In this document: positions 1-13,144 of the stretch, one piece after another | Layout: each line of letters opens with the position of its first letter | Numbering within the stretch: the first letter of the stretch is position 1 | NCBI RefSeq assembly: GCF_044704955.1 | Contig: NW_027252668.1 | Coordinates: 2,728,001-2,792,000, forward strand | Source of the DNA: Pristiophorus japonicus | Lineage: Eukaryota | Direction: 5' to 3' | DNA: 64,000 bases | The notes under the pieces: model-generated | The model's input: only the letters and a program-made list of their open reading frames with translations | What the model was told of the DNA's origin: nothing | Databases searched by the model: none | Made by a program: the position numbers and the translations under genes

Positions 1-556
1 GTACAGTTTTGGTCTCCTAACTTGAGGAAGGACATACTTGCTGTTGAGGGACTGCAGCGAAGATTCACCAGACTGATTCCCGGGATGGTGGGACTGACCT
101 ATCAAGAAAGACTGAATCAACTGGGCTTGTATTCACTGGAGTTCAGAAGAGTGAGAGGGGACCTCATAGAAACGTTTAAAATTCTGACGGGTTTGGACAG
201 GTTGGATGCAGGAAGAATGTTCCCAATGTTGGGGAAGTCCAGAACCAGGGGTCACAGTCTAAGGATAAGGGGTAAGCCATTTAGGACCGAGATAAGGAGA
301 AACTTCTTCACCCAGAGAGTGGTGAACCTGTGGAATTCTCTACCACGGGAAGTAGTTGAGGCCAATTCACTAAATATATTCAAAAGGGAGTTAGATGAAG
401 TCCTTACTACTCGGGGGATCAAGGGGTATGGCGTGAAAGCAGGAAGTGGGTACTGAAGTTTCATGTTCAGCCATGAACTCGTTGAATGGCGGTGCAGGCT
501 AGAAGGGCTGAATGGCCTGCTCCTGCACCTATTTTCTATGTTTCTATGTTTCTATG
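1..556 (+). mobile_element. CR1 LINE 3' end (ORF2 C-terminus, 3' UTR, TTTCTATG tail)
   Basis: ORF 22-456 has the CR1 ORF2 C-terminal signature (LEFRRVRGDLIETFKIL...RRNFFTQRVVNLWNSLP). The element ends in a (tttctatg)n 8-mer tail. Confidence 0.92.
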
Positions 557-1012
557 AAGGGATTGACTTATGAGAAGAGGTTGGGCCTCTACTCATTGGA
601 ATTCAGAAGAATGAATGAGAGGTGAGTTATTGAAATGTATAAGATTATGAGGGGGCTTGACAAGTTGAATGCAGAGAGAATGTTTTCACTGATAGGGGGG
701 ACTAGAACTAGGAGGCATAATCTTAGAATAAGGGGCTACCCATTTAAAACTGAGATGAGGAGGAATTTCTTCTCTCAGAGGGTTGTAAATCTGTGGAATT
801 CGCTGTCTCAGAGAGCTGTGGAAGCCGGGACATTGAATATATTTAAGATCGAGATAGACAGTTTATTAACCGATAAGGGAATAAGAGGTTATGGGGAGCA
901 GGCATGGAATTGGACCTGAGTCCATGATCGGATCAGTCATGATCGTATTAAATGGCGGAGCAGGCTCGAGGGGCCGTATGGCGTACTCCTGCTCCTATTT
1001 TTTATGTTCTTA
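557..1012 (+). mobile_element. CR1 LINE 3' fragment, second subfamily
   Basis: ORF 635-919 YKIMRGLDK...RRNFFSQRVVNLWNSL; tail ttatgttcttat. Confidence 0.9.
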
Positions 1013-1019
1013 TTTTTTT

Positions 1020-1497
1020 ATATTGTGGGTGTCTGGTATATGAATGTGGGTTGACTCTGTATCTGCCCATCTCTGGTATGTGGATGAGGGTTTTACTGTG
1101 TGTGTCAGTTTCTAATACGAGAGTGTGGGTTTTATCCTGTACCTATCAATTTCTGATAATTGCCTGTGGGTTTCATTCTGTATCTTTCCATTCCTGGTGT
1201 GTGAGTGTGTGTGTTTTGTGCTCTATCTGTCCATCTGTGTTATGTGAATGTGAGCTCTCCTTCATACCCGTCATTCTCCAGTATGTTAGTATTGTTTTAC
1301 TATGTACCACCAATTCCTGATAGGGTATTCGTTTTACTTTCTGTCAATTTTTGTTATGGAGGTGAGTGTTTATGCTGAATCTGTCAGTCTCTGGTAAATG
1401 AGTCTGAGTTTCACTCTGTATCTATCTGTCTCTGGTATGTGAGTGTGGGCCTTTCTCTGTATCTCTCCATTTCTGTTATGGGAGTCTGGGTTTTACA
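1020..1497 (+). repeat. Degenerate ~41-bp satellite, subfamily 1 (CTGGTATGTGAGTGTGGGTTTTACTCTGTACCTGTCAGTTT)
   Basis: Recurrent tctggtatgtgag/tgtgggtttta/ctgtacctgtcag motifs at ~41-nt spacing. Confidence 0.8.
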
Positions 1498-3183
1498 TCG
1501 AAACATAGAAAATAGGTGCAGGAGTAGGCCATTCGGCCCTTCTAGCCTGCACCGCCATTCAATGAGTTCATGGCTGAACATGCAACTTCAGTACCTCATT
1601 CCTGCTTTCTCACCATACTCCTTGATCCCCCTAGTAGTAAGGACTTCATCTAACTCCTTTTTGAATATATTTAATGAATTGGCCTCAACAACTTTCTGTG
1701 GTAGAGAATTCCACAGGTTCACCACTCTCTGGGTGAAGAAATTCCTCCTCATCTCCTAAATGGCTTACCCCTTATCCTTAGACTGTGTCCCCTGGTTCTG
1801 GACTTCCCCAACATTGGGAACATTCTTCCTGCATCTAACCTGTCTAACCCCGTCAGAATTTTAAACGTTTCTATGAGGTCCCCTCTCATTCTTCTGAACT
1901 CCAGTGAATACAAGCCCAGTTGATCCAGTCTTTCTTGATAGGTCAGTCCCGCCATCCCGGGAATCAGTCTGGTGAACCTTCGCTGCACTCCCGCAATAGC
2001 AAGAATGTCCTTCCTCAGGTTAGGAGACCAAAACTGTACACAATACTCCACGTGTGGCCTCACAAAGGCCCTGTACAACTTTAGCAACACCTCCCTGCCC
2101 CTGTACTCAAATCCCCTCGCGATGAAGGCCAACATGCCATTTGCTTTCTTAACCGCCTGCTGTACCTGCATGCCAACCTTCAATGACTGATGTACCATGA
2201 CACCCAGGTCTCTTTGCACCTCCCCTTTTCCTAATCTGTCACCATTCAGATAATAGTCTGTCTCTCTGTTTTTACCACCAAAGTGGATAAACTCACATTT
2301 ATCCACATTATACTTCATCTGCCATGCATTTGCCCACTCACCTAACCTATCCAAGTCGCTCTGCAGCCTCATAGCATCCTCCTCGCAGCTCACACTGCCA
2401 CCCAACTTAGTGTCATCCGCAAATTTGGAGATACTACATTTAATCCCCTCGTCTAAATCATTAATGTACAGTGTAAACAGCTGGGGCCCCAGCACAGAAC
2501 CTTGCGGTACCCCACTAGTCACTGCCTGCCATTCTGAAAAGTCCCCATTTACTCCTACTCTTTGCTTCCTGTCTGACAACCAGTTCTCAATCCATGTCAG
2601 CACACTATCCCCAATCCCATGTGCTTTAACTTTGCACATTAATCTCTTGTGTGGGACCTTGTCGAAAGCCTTCTGAAAGTCCAAATATACCACATCAACT
2701 GGTTCTCCCTTGTCCACTCTACTGGAAACATCCTCAAAAAATTCCAGAAGATTTGTCAAGCATGATTTCCCTTTCACAAATCCATGTTGACTTGGACCTC
2801 TCATGTCACCTCTTTCCAAATGCACTGCTATGACATCCTTAATAATTGATTCCATCATTTTACCCACTACTGATGTCAGGCTGACCGGTCTATAATTCCC
2901 TGTTATCTCTCTCCCTCCTTTTTTAAAAAGTGGGGTTACATTGGCTGCCCTCCACTCCATAGGAACTGATCCAGAGTCAATGGAATGTTGGAAAATGACT
3001 GTCAATGCATCCACTATTTCCAAGGCCACCTCCTTAAGTACTCTGGGATGCAGTCCATCAGGCCCTGGGGATTTATCAGCCTTCAATCCCATCAATTTCC
3101 CCAACACAATTTCCCGACTAATAAGGATTTCCCTCAGTTCCTCCTCCTTACTAGACCCTCCGACCCCTTTTATATCCGGAAGG
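1498..3183 (-). mobile_element. CR1 LINE, 5'-truncated young copy (RT domain and 3' end)
   Basis: ORF 1749-3200(-) contains [34 protein letters not shown] and KFADD; 3' tail near 1498. Confidence 0.95.
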
Positions 3184-4232
3184 TATTCTGTACCTGTCAA
3201 GTTCTGATATGTGATTGTGGGCCTTACTCTGTACCTGCCAGTTTCTGCTTAATTGAGAGTGGGCTTTTCTTTGTACCTGTCAGTTTCTGGTATGGAAGAG
3301 ATGTCTTTACTCTGTACCTGTCAAGTACTGATAAGTGAGTATGGCATTTCACTGTGTCTGTCAATTTATGTTATGGGAATGTGGATTTTAATATGTCAGC
3401 CTCTGATATGTGAGTGTGGGTTTTATACTTTCTCTCAGCCTCTGATATGTGAGTGTGGGTTTTATACTGTATCCTCAGTCTCTGATGTGCGAGTGTGTGT
3501 ATTATTCTGTACCCGTCAGGTTTTGGTATGTGTGTTGAGGTTTAATCTGTGCCTCTAAGTTTCTGCTATGTTGGTCTGGGTTTAATCTGTACCTATTTGT
3601 TCCTGCTACTTGATTGTGTGTTTTAGTCTGTACCTGTCAGTTTCTGCTGTGAGAGTGTGGAAATTACTCTGTATCTGGTATGTGAACGTGAGGATCAATT
3701 TTACTTTTTACCTGTATTTCTCTGATATGGGAGTGAAGATTTTGCCTTCTACCTGTCATTTTTCTGGTGTGTGCATGTGGGTTTTACTCTGCCCCTATCA
3801 GTTTCTGCGATGCAAGTACCAATTTTACTTACTGCCTTTCAGTTTTTGGATATGTGCACATGGGATTTACACTTTACCGGTCACTCTCTGGTGTGCAAGT
3901 GCGGATTTTATTCTGTTACTGTCACTTTCATGTATGTGTATGTGTGTGTTGTATACTGTATCTGTCAATCTATGGTACAGGAATGTGGGTTTTATTCTGC
4001 ACCTGTCATCTTCTGTTATGTTCTGGGGGTTAAATACTGAATCCGTCAGATTCTGAAACTTGAATATGGCTTTTGCTCTGTACCCATCAGCTTCTGATAT
4101 GAGAGTACGATTTATACTATCTATTTGTTATCTGTTCCGATAGGGGTTTTATTCTCTACCTGCCAGTTTCTGACAAGTGAGTGTGGGTGTTTAATGTACC
4201 TGCCAGTGTGGGGTGTTTAATGTACCTGCCAG
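3184..4232 (+). repeat. ~41-bp satellite, subfamily 1 (start of unit A)
   Basis: Same monomer motifs. Individual variant monomers align with 24.9-25.66 kb and 52.5-53.3 kb. Confidence 0.85.
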
Positions 4233-5019
4233 TGCGATCGGTTTCAATGGTGAAACAGCATCTGATTCTACTGCTCCACGTGGCTGTAAGATTCACAATG
4301 TAACTCTGCCACTTCGGATCACTGTGGGACTGACTGATTCTGCTGCCTGTGATAATAGGATTAGAGGCCAGTTCTGTGTCCCTACGCTCTGTGAGTGATA
4401 ATGTACTTACTGTGTGGGAGAAGGAGCTGCCTGAACTGTTCCTCGTGTTCCGGGTGGAGGAAAGCTCTCATTTGTTCTGGCTGGTTGAAGAATATTGCTC
4501 TGAGAATAATCATACAAGAACAATATTAGTCACAAGATGCAGGTGAAGATTATGATGGATCTGAGAGAGCAACAATGTATCTCTCGATCACCAGCAGTCA
4601 ATTGAGAAGTCAGTGCACCAGACAATATAACCAGTTTTAAAATATTTTCTCACACACTCCTCTCCTGCAATAGATGCACTTTGTGAAACTCCTCACATCC
4701 TCACTGCCAGGCTGTGTTTCCACTGTTCACTGTCCAAGAACAACAGACACGGTGAGATTGGAACTGAATCAGGAACATTCACTACTGATTTGGGGAAAGA
4801 AAGCAGCAACGATTTGAAAGAGCGAGGTGATTTACTTTCTCTGTTATCTTACACTGTCCACACACAGCCCGAGAATGGCCTCTGCCTCCCCCCACTCACT
4901 GACACTGGTTCTTGCTTCAATCATCCTCTTATACACAGCCCCCGGACTCAGTGCAGGTCTCTGAGCCCATCTGCGGACACGCTCCCAAAGCGCTGCACTG
5001 CTCTAAGGAGGCTGCTGCT

Positions 5020-5200
5020 CGCTGTCTTACCCCGGGGCCGCGGGCTCTCCATTTCCGGCTGTTTGAAACCATCTTCTTTCGCTCACTGAGTGAATGGTGA
5101 TCACAGGCAGGACTGGGGCAGGGGAGGGCGCATGCGCTCTTCTGCTCACTGGGACTCGACACAGGGGGTGGGGCTGAGCCGCGCATGCGCAGCTCTCTGC
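5020..5200 (-). promoter_or_regulatory. CpG-rich promoter with two NRF1 palindromes and a short first exon ending at a GTAAG donor (unit A)
   Basis: GCGCATGCGC at 5128-5137 and 5181-5190. Minus strand reads ATG GAG AGC CCG CGG CCC CGG G|GTAAGA (5052-5031). Confidence 0.6.
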
Positions 5201-5364
5201 AATAATTCAGCCTGTAAAAATCAAAGTGCACTTTTCACAATTTACTTTTTATCAGAATCTGAACAAAGGAACTGGGCCTGGGGGGAAAGGACAGAGAATG
5301 ATTAAAGCTGGGAGCCTTGTCCCTTGGAAATGCTCAATTTGGGATCATTCCGTGCAGGGTGTTT

Positions 5365-6127
5365 ACATAATATAAGAACATAAGAATTAGGAACATGAGT
5401 GGGCCATCTAGCCCCTCGAGCCTGTTCCGCCATTCAAAAAGATCATGGCTGATCTGGCCGTGGACTCAGCTCCACTTACCCGCCCGCTCCCCATAACCCT
5501 TAATTCCCTTATTGGTTAAAAATCTATCTAGCTGTGATTTGAATACATTCAATGAGCTAGTCTCAACTGCTTCCTTGGGCAGAGAATTCCACAGATTCAC
5601 AACCCTCTGGGAGAAGAAATTCCTTCTCAACTCAGCTTTAAATTGGCTCCCCCGTATTTTGAGGCTGTGCCCCCTAGTTCTAGTCTCCCTGACCAGTGGA
5701 AACAACCTCTCTGCCTCGATCTTGTCTATCCCTTTCATTATTTTAAATGTTTCTATAAGATCACCCCTCATCCTTCTGAACTCCAATGATTAAAGACCCA
5801 GTCTACTCAATCTATCATCATAAGGTAACCCCCTCATCTCCAGAATCAGCCTAGTGAATCATCTCTGTACCCTCTCCATGGCTAGTATATCCTTCCTTAA
5901 GTAAGGTGACCATAACTGCACGCAGTACTCCAGGTGCGGCCTCACCAATACCCTATACAGTTGCAGCAGGACCCTGCTTTTGTATTCCATCCCTCTCACA
6001 ATGAAGGCCAACATTCCATTCACCTTCCTGATTACCTGCTGCACCTCCAAACTAACTTTTTGGGATTCATGCACAAGGACCCCCAGGTCCCTCTGCACCG
6101 CAGCATGTTGTAATTTCTCCCCATTCA
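5365..6127 (-). mobile_element. CR1 LINE 3' fragment (unit A-specific insertion)
   Basis: ORFs 5466-5786 and 5859-6098(-) match the CR1 ORF2 C-terminus; tail ataagaacataagaa. Absent at the homologous sites ~28165 and ~55810. Confidence 0.9.
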
Positions 6128-6242
6128 GCCATCTTCACAAAGCAATCCTGCAAAAACATCGGAGGGGCGAGGGAGTGGGAGTTTTTGCTGGGACCGCGCA
6201 GGAGTTAATATCTGACATAAATAGTTTGAGATTAGTTTAGTT

Positions 6243-6495
6243 AGAAAAACTTCTTCACCCAGAGAGTGGTGAACCTGTGGAATTCTCTACCACAGAAAGT
6301 TGTTGAGGCCAATTCACTAAATATATTCAAAAAGGAGTTAGATGAAGTCCTTACTACTAGGGGGATCAAGGGGTATGGCGAGAAAGCAGGAATGGGATAC
6401 TGAAGTTGCATGTTCAGCCATGAACTCATTGAATGGCGGTGCAGGCTGGAGGGGCCGAATGGCCTACTCCTGCACCTATTTTCTATGTTTCTATT
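6243..6495 (+). mobile_element. Short CR1 3' fragment
   Basis: Starts at aacttcttcacccagagagtgg and ends in the tttctatg tail; absent in units B and C. Confidence 0.85.
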
Positions 6496-6509
6496 AGAGT
6501 CAAACACTC

Positions 6510-8515
6510 GGTCCCTGAGAGTAATATCGAAGTGGATAATCAAGAGGTTATATGTCGGGAGGAACTTAATACAATCACTATCACGAATGAAGTAGTACTC
6601 GGTGAAATAATGGGACGAAAGACGGACAAGTCACCTGGAATTGATAGCTTACATCCTGTGGTCTTATGAAATGTGGCTGTAGAGATGGTGGATGCATTGT
6701 TTGTAATCTACCAAAATTCCCTGGATTCTGGGGTGGTCCCAGCAGATTGGAAAACCGCAAATTTAACACCCTTATTTAAAAAAGGAGGCAGACAAAAAGC
6801 AGGAAACTATCACCCAGTTAACCTAACATCTATCATTGGGAAAATGCTGGAGTCCATTATTAAGGAAGCAGTAGCAGGACATTTGGAAAAGCATGATTCA
6901 ATCAAGCAGAGTCAGCATGGTTTTATGAAAGGGAAATCATGTTTGAAAAATTTGCTGGAGTTCTTTGAGGATGTAACGAGCAGGGTGGATAAGGGGGAAC
7001 CAGTGGATGTGGTGTATTTGGATTTTCAGAAGGCATACGATAAAGTGCCACATAAGAGGTTACTGCACAAGATAAAAGCTCACGGGATTGGGAATAATAT
7101 ATGCTTGGATAGAGGATTGACGAACGAACTGAAAACAGAGAGTCGAGATAAATGGGTCATTTTCCGGTTGGCAAACAGTAACTAGTGGGGTGTCGCAGGG
7201 ATTAGTGCTGGGTACTCAACTATTTACAATCAATATTAATGACCTGGATGACGGGATCGAGTTTAATTTAGCCAAGTTTGCTGATGATACAAAGATGGGT
7301 GGGAAAGCAAATTGTGAGGAAGACACAAAAAATCTGCAAAGGAATATAGACAGGCTAAGTGAGTGAGCATAAATGTGGCCCATAAGAACATAAGAAATAG
7401 GAGCAGGAGTAGGCCATATAGTCCCTCGAGCCTGGTCCGCTATTTAGTATGATCATGGCTAATCCGATCATGGACTTAGGTCCACTTCCAGATGGAGTAT
7501 AAAGTGGGAAAATGTGAGGTTATCCACTTTGGCAGAAATAATAGAAAAGCAAATTATAATTTAAATAAAGAAAAATTACAAAGTGCAGCAGTACAAAGCG
7601 ATCTGGGGATCCTTGTGCATGAAACACAAAAAGTTTGCATGCAGGTACATCAAGTGATCAGGAAGGCAAATGGAATGTTGGCCTTTATTGCAAGGGGGAT
7701 AGAGTATAAAAACAGAGAAGTCCTGCTACAACTGTACAGGGTATTGGTGAGGCCACATCTGGAGTACTGTGTACAGTTTTGGTCTCCGTATTTAAGGAAA
7801 GATATACTTGCATTGGAAGCTGTTCAGAGAAGGTTCACTCAGTTGATTCCGAAGATGAGGCAATTGACTTATGAGGATAGGTTTGAGTAGATTGGGCCTA
7901 AAAACAATGGAGTTCAGAAGAATAAGCGGTGATCTTATTAAAACTTATAAGATAATGAGGGGACTTGACAAGGTGGATACAGAGAGGATATTTCCACTCA
8001 TAGGGGCAACTAAAACTTGGGGACATAATCTTAGAATTAGGGGCTGCCCATTTAAAACTGGGAAGAGGAGGAATTTCTTCTCTCAGAGGGTTGTAAATCT
8101 ATGGAATTTTCTGCGCCAGAGAGCTGTGGTGCCTGGGTCATTGAATATATTTAAGGCGGAGATAGTCAGATTTTTGAGCGATAATCGAGTAAAGGTGTGT
8201 GTGGAGAAAGAGTCAGACTGAACACTGTGAGCTCAAAGTAAAGTGTGACCTTTGTCTTTGATTGCAGGTCTCCAGAGTGCCTCTCCAACCTGGGAAGCCT
8301 CCTTAAATACCTGTGCTCCCAAAGAATTATGGGATCCTTGGGACTCCAGGGGATGAGCCCTCTGGTGGATGTACAGAGTAAATACAAGTATACAGATATA
8401 ACAAAAGGGTTATGCGGAGCGGGCAGGGAAGTGGAGCTGAGTCCATGATCAGATCAGCCATGATTTTATTGAATGGCAGACCATGCTTGAGGGATCAAAT
8501 GGCCTACTCCTGCTC
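6510..8515 (+). mobile_element. Older CR1 LINE (RT to 3' UTR) carrying a nested reverse CR1 tail (7381-7490) and a solo LTR
   Basis: ORFs 6433-8221 give RT motifs with stops and frameshifts. Confidence 0.9.
8196..8403 (-). mobile_element. Solo LTR (Gypsy-like), 208 bp, with 5-bp TSD AAAGG
   Basis: TG...CA termini; AAAGG at 8191-8195 and 8404-8408. It interrupts CR1 sequence that is contiguous in units B and C. Confidence 0.8.
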
Positions 8516-8969
8516 TGATCACAGCCAAGCAAGTGATAAATGTGGGACACGGTTTCTCTCACTCTCTGACACTGTCCCGCAGTGTGGGATTCATAATGTG
8601 TCTGTCTCTGGTACAATATAGTGAGAGAGGAGACTTCATCTTCTGTCTCTCCAGAATAAAACGGGACTTCACAGGTCAGTCTGGAACTGATACTGTGCAT
8701 GTCTTTCTGTGTCTCACCGCCCGACCTCGCACTCTCCTGTCTCTCGCTCAGACCTCTCCCCTCTCTGTTGCTATCCGCTCTCTCTTGTACTGGTTGTGAA
8801 GGCGGGATACTGTTATTTAGCGTGATGTGGAAACACTGTTGGAAGTGCAAGACGGATAATGTCTCTGTTTCTCTCTCTGGTGCAATACGTGAAGGTGTAA
8901 CACTGTTACTGAGCGTATTATGGAGACACTGATACAAAGTGTAAAACTGATACTGTATCTGTCTGTGTC

Positions 8970-9533
8970 TGGGCGACCAACATCCTCAAGGTTGTGGCCG
9001 ATGGCAAGGATTGCAGGGGAATGTCCCTGGCCACGATAAAGAAGGCTCTGGCGGCCAAAAGCGTGGATGTGGAGAAGCGCGGGTCCCAGATCAGATTCAG
9101 TAATCAGAAGAATGTGATGAATGGCTCCCTGAAGCACATCAAGGGCACGGGCGCCTCGGGCTCCTTCAAAATCGCTAAGACGGATCCCCAGGAGAAAGTG
9201 GGAAAGAAGGTGAAGAAGCCAGCAGCCAAGAAATCTCCAGCAAAGAAAGCAACAGCCAAGAAATCTCCAGCAAAGAAAGCATCAGCCAAGAAATCTCCAG
9301 CAAAGAAAGCAGCAGCCAAGAAATCTCCAGCAAAGAAAGCAGCAGCCAAGAAAACGAGCACCAAGAAGGTGCCAACGGCAAAAAAGATAGCGAAAGGGCC
9401 GGCTGGGAAGAAGGCGGCGGTGAAGAAGCCCAAGAGCCCCAAGAAAGTGAAGGCGGCCAAAAAGGTGGAGAACCCGAGGGTCAAGGCCACGCCCAAATCA
9501 GCAAAGGCCAAGAAAGCAGCACCCAAAAAGTAA
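8970..9533 (+). pseudogene. H1: Histone H1, 5'-truncated (promoter, ATG and ~37 codons deleted)
   Basis: Near-identical to 59410-59975 but joined directly to the upstream spacer. Globular domain remnant ([11 protein letters not shown]) and KSPAKK repeats are present. Confidence 0.88.
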
Positions 9534-9566
9534 ATAAAAAGCAACTTCTAAATATTTAAACCCAAA

Positions 9567-9607
9567 GGCTCTTCTCAGAGCCACCCACGCCTCTCAGAAA
9601 AGAGCTG
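9567..9607 (+). promoter_or_regulatory. Histone 3' stem-loop (variant loop) and HDE of the truncated H1
   Basis: GGCTCTTCTCAGAGCC-ACCCA followed by purine-rich AAAAGAGCTG. Confidence 0.85.
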
Positions 9608-9699
9608 ATCCCGGAATCAAATAATCCCTGTCCCGGGCTCAGATTCCAGATAGAAATAATTGAAAATGACCCGTGGATCCCTCGTGACTCGTTGGCATT

Positions 9700-9845
9700 G
9701 GCTGCACCCATCCCCGCCCCCCTCAGTGTCTGCACCCGCCCCTCCCCCAGTGTCTGCACACCCCCCTCCCCCAGTGTCTGCACCCACCCCTTCCCCAGTG
9801 TCTGCACCCATCCCGTGTCTGCACACACCCCTCCCCCAGTGCCTA
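9700..9845. repeat. C-rich ~27-bp minisatellite (CCCCTCCCCCAGTGTCTGCAC...)
   Basis: About 5 tandem copies; homologue at 60140-60310. Confidence 0.8.
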
Positions 9846-10411
9846 CAATAAAACACAGAGAATGTGATGTCCGGCCCGGGCCTCACTGTAACTGGGGTTT
9901 GAGTCCGGCTCCAGTCTCAGTTCCTGGTCAGTCATTTCACAGATTCAAGGGGAAGAGTCTCTGTGAGACAGTGGGACTGGCGGCGATACCCCGCCTCACA
10001 ACTCAAACCCCAAACACCAGATTCTCCAAATCAGCTGGAATAAGGTGTTTGTAAAGTGCTGAACCGGTCTGTGAAAGGAGATGGAATAAGGTCTGAGATT
10101 GACAGCGAACGAACTATATAGGCGGGAATATTCCTGATTGTTAATTGTACCGGGACCTTATTTAACAGCTTCTGGTCCCTGGAAGCCTTGAATATGAATT
10201 CCGAGTCTGTAAGGGTTTGTGCAGAGCGCTGTGTATCGGTTGTATTGTGGAGAAAACAATTTGAAATTGGCGGTTGCAGAAAGCTGGAGGTGGAGCTGGA
10301 AGATCAGAGGCCGCGCTCTGCTGTCTCTCAATCTTGATTCTGTCTCCTCCCCTGCCGCGCTCTCTGTTTAATCTCTCACTCTGTCTCCTCCCCTTCCCGC
10401 CTCTCTCACTC

Positions 10412-10450
10412 TGCGCTTTCTCAGTCAGGTCGGGGCCGGCTCTATAAAAA
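10412..10450 (+). promoter_or_regulatory. H4 promoter: site II-like element and TATA box
   Basis: CTTTCTCAGTCAGGTCGG resembles the vertebrate H4 subtype element; TATAAAA at 10443. Confidence 0.6.
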
Positions 10451-10496
10451 AGGAGCCAGGAGCAGTTGGTTCGTCATTCAGCGACAGTTTGAGTGA

Positions 10497-10817
<321 letters not shown>

Positions 10818-10851
10818 ACAACTCCACCCTTTCCACCCAGCACAACACAAA

Positions 10852-10867
10852 GGCTCTTTTAAGAGCC
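10852..10867 (+). promoter_or_regulatory. Histone 3' stem-loop (H4)
   Basis: GGCTCTTTTAAGAGCC followed by ACCCA. Confidence 0.92.
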
Positions 10868-10962
10868 ACCCACCGCCTCACAGAGAGAGTAGTGACCTGG
10901 GGATGGCAGTGTGGAAAGTTTTGTTGGGAAATTATTTCAGCTATTTAATTAAAGGAAAGAAA

Positions 10963-11045
10963 CACTTGGATATATATAGTGCCTTACACGGCCATCGGAC
11001 TTCTCAAAGCCAATGAAGTACTTTTGCAGTGTAGTCGCTGTAGGA
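10963..11045 (-). mobile_element. DeuSINE 3'-tail remnant
   Basis: gccttacacggccatcggacttctcaaagccaatgaagtacttttg matches the tail of the SINEs at 14.36 kb and 33.65 kb; also present at ~61445-61515. Confidence 0.55.
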
Positions 11046-11581
11046 ATATGGAACTATGAAATATTTTCGAACAATAGTTTAATATGAGATCAGAAACTCC
11101 GGGTGTCCCGGTCACAATGAGCGGGCGGGAATACACAGTCTCCTTTACCCGACATTACAGTCTCCCCTCACAGATAATCCTGTCATGTTGTGAGCTTTGT
11201 GTGTGACAATCGGTGAAACGGGACGGCACTGGCGGGATGGATGCGGGACTTTGTGTTTACAGGATGCAGTGACCGGGGAATTATTCCCGCCCGGTACAGA
11301 CCCATCAGGGAATGGGACAGAATTCAAACCGGAATGTTAAAGAGAATGGGATTGGTGATTTATAATGGGGCACCATCGAGGTTATAAAGAGTCGAATTCT
11401 TAAATTGCTGGCGGGAAATTAGAGTTTCTTTAATCTCTGTTCGTTGAGACTCTGAAATTGGCGGGCTGTTTGAAATTGACGAACTGTCAGTTTCATTTCA
11501 GTCAATCATGGCCCAGTAATCCCCGCCCTTCCCTTTCGCTCTTGGTGATTGGTTGAAACATGATTGGCGGTCGGGTTATGA

Positions 11582-12085
<504 letters not shown>

Positions 12086-12130
12086 ACTCCCCCTGCCCGG
12101 GCTCCAAGTTTTAGCACCAAATGCAACAAC

Positions 12131-12146
12131 GGCTCTTTTCAGAGCC
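12131..12146 (+). promoter_or_regulatory. Histone 3' stem-loop (H3)
   Basis: GGCTCTTTTCAGAGCC followed by the HDE-like AAAGGAAAGAG. Confidence 0.92.
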
Positions 12147-12722
12147 ACCAAATCAGCAAAGGAAAGAGTTGCGACCGGCTCCACGCAAACTGTCCTGTGG
12201 ACACATCGTGCATGTCTTGTAGTGTTACGATAACTGGGGCTTTATACAATGTAGGCGGTGATTATTTGACGGTGTAGCGTTGCTCCAGGTTTTAATCTGA
12301 GTCAGATGCCCAGTATACCGACTGCACCCGCCCAATGTGTGTCGCGAACTATAAGTGGGAGATCTGATCGTGTATTGATCCCACTGCACATACTGGGACA
12401 GATTCCAGAGAGGGGACGAGCTGCCTGTAATCTCTCTCTCCCCTTTACGCAAATTTAAAAAAAGGGTAAAAGTTCGCATGGATCAATGTGTTCAAATGTA
12501 TATATTTCTCCCTGTGGAATTATTGCCCCAATAAAAGACTGAGCCCATCAACCGCTCATTCCTTTATACTCGGCTCTTATGATCGGTTTCATATTCGGCT
12601 GTGCCAACATGTTCAATGACTGGCGGTCTCACGTTCAGCTTCCATCTGTTTTGTATGAAATTAGATGAGGGTCAATTGTGATCCACAGAACAGAAAGCAG
12701 CCCTTTCACAGATATTGTGGGT

Positions 12723-12738
12723 GGCTCTGAAAAGAGCC
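12723..12738 (-). promoter_or_regulatory. Histone 3' stem-loop (H2A pseudogene)
   Basis: Reverse complement is GGCTCTTTTCAGAGCC. Confidence 0.9.
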
Positions 12739-12768
12739 TTTGTGTTATTAGATTAAATCCTGTCCGCT

Positions 12769-13144
12769 TTACTTCCTCTTGGGTGCACTGGCGGTTTTCT
12801 TGGGCAGCAGCACAGGCTGGATATTAGGCAGCACTCCGCCCTGAGCGATGGTCACCTTTCCCAGCAGCTTGTTGAGCTCCTCGTCGTTGCGGATGGCCAG
12901 CTGGAGGTGTCTGGGAATGATGCGGGTCTTCTTGTTGCCGGCCAGTTCCAGGATTTCAGCGGTCAGATACTCGAGCAGCACAGCAGCCATGTAGACCGGG
13001 GCTCCGGCACCCACACGGTCAGCGTAGTTGCCCTTTCGCAGGAGCCTGTGAACACGGCCCACAGGGAACTGCAGTCCGGCCCGGGAGGAGCGAGACTTGG
13101 CCTTGGCCCCGAACTTCACCGCCTGTTTTTCCTCTCTCAGACAT
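12769..13144 (-). pseudogene. H2A: Histone H2A pseudogene
   Basis: Compared with the intact copy at 31361-31747: +1 G frameshift near codon 12, one-codon insertion (AAVLL), and a 15-nt deletion removing AARDN. Confidence 0.92.

Noticed and set aside
8994-9533. 179-aa H1 ORF as a functional short H1
   Set aside because: It begins at GTG within the globular domain; the promoter, ATG and N-terminus are deleted relative to unit C.
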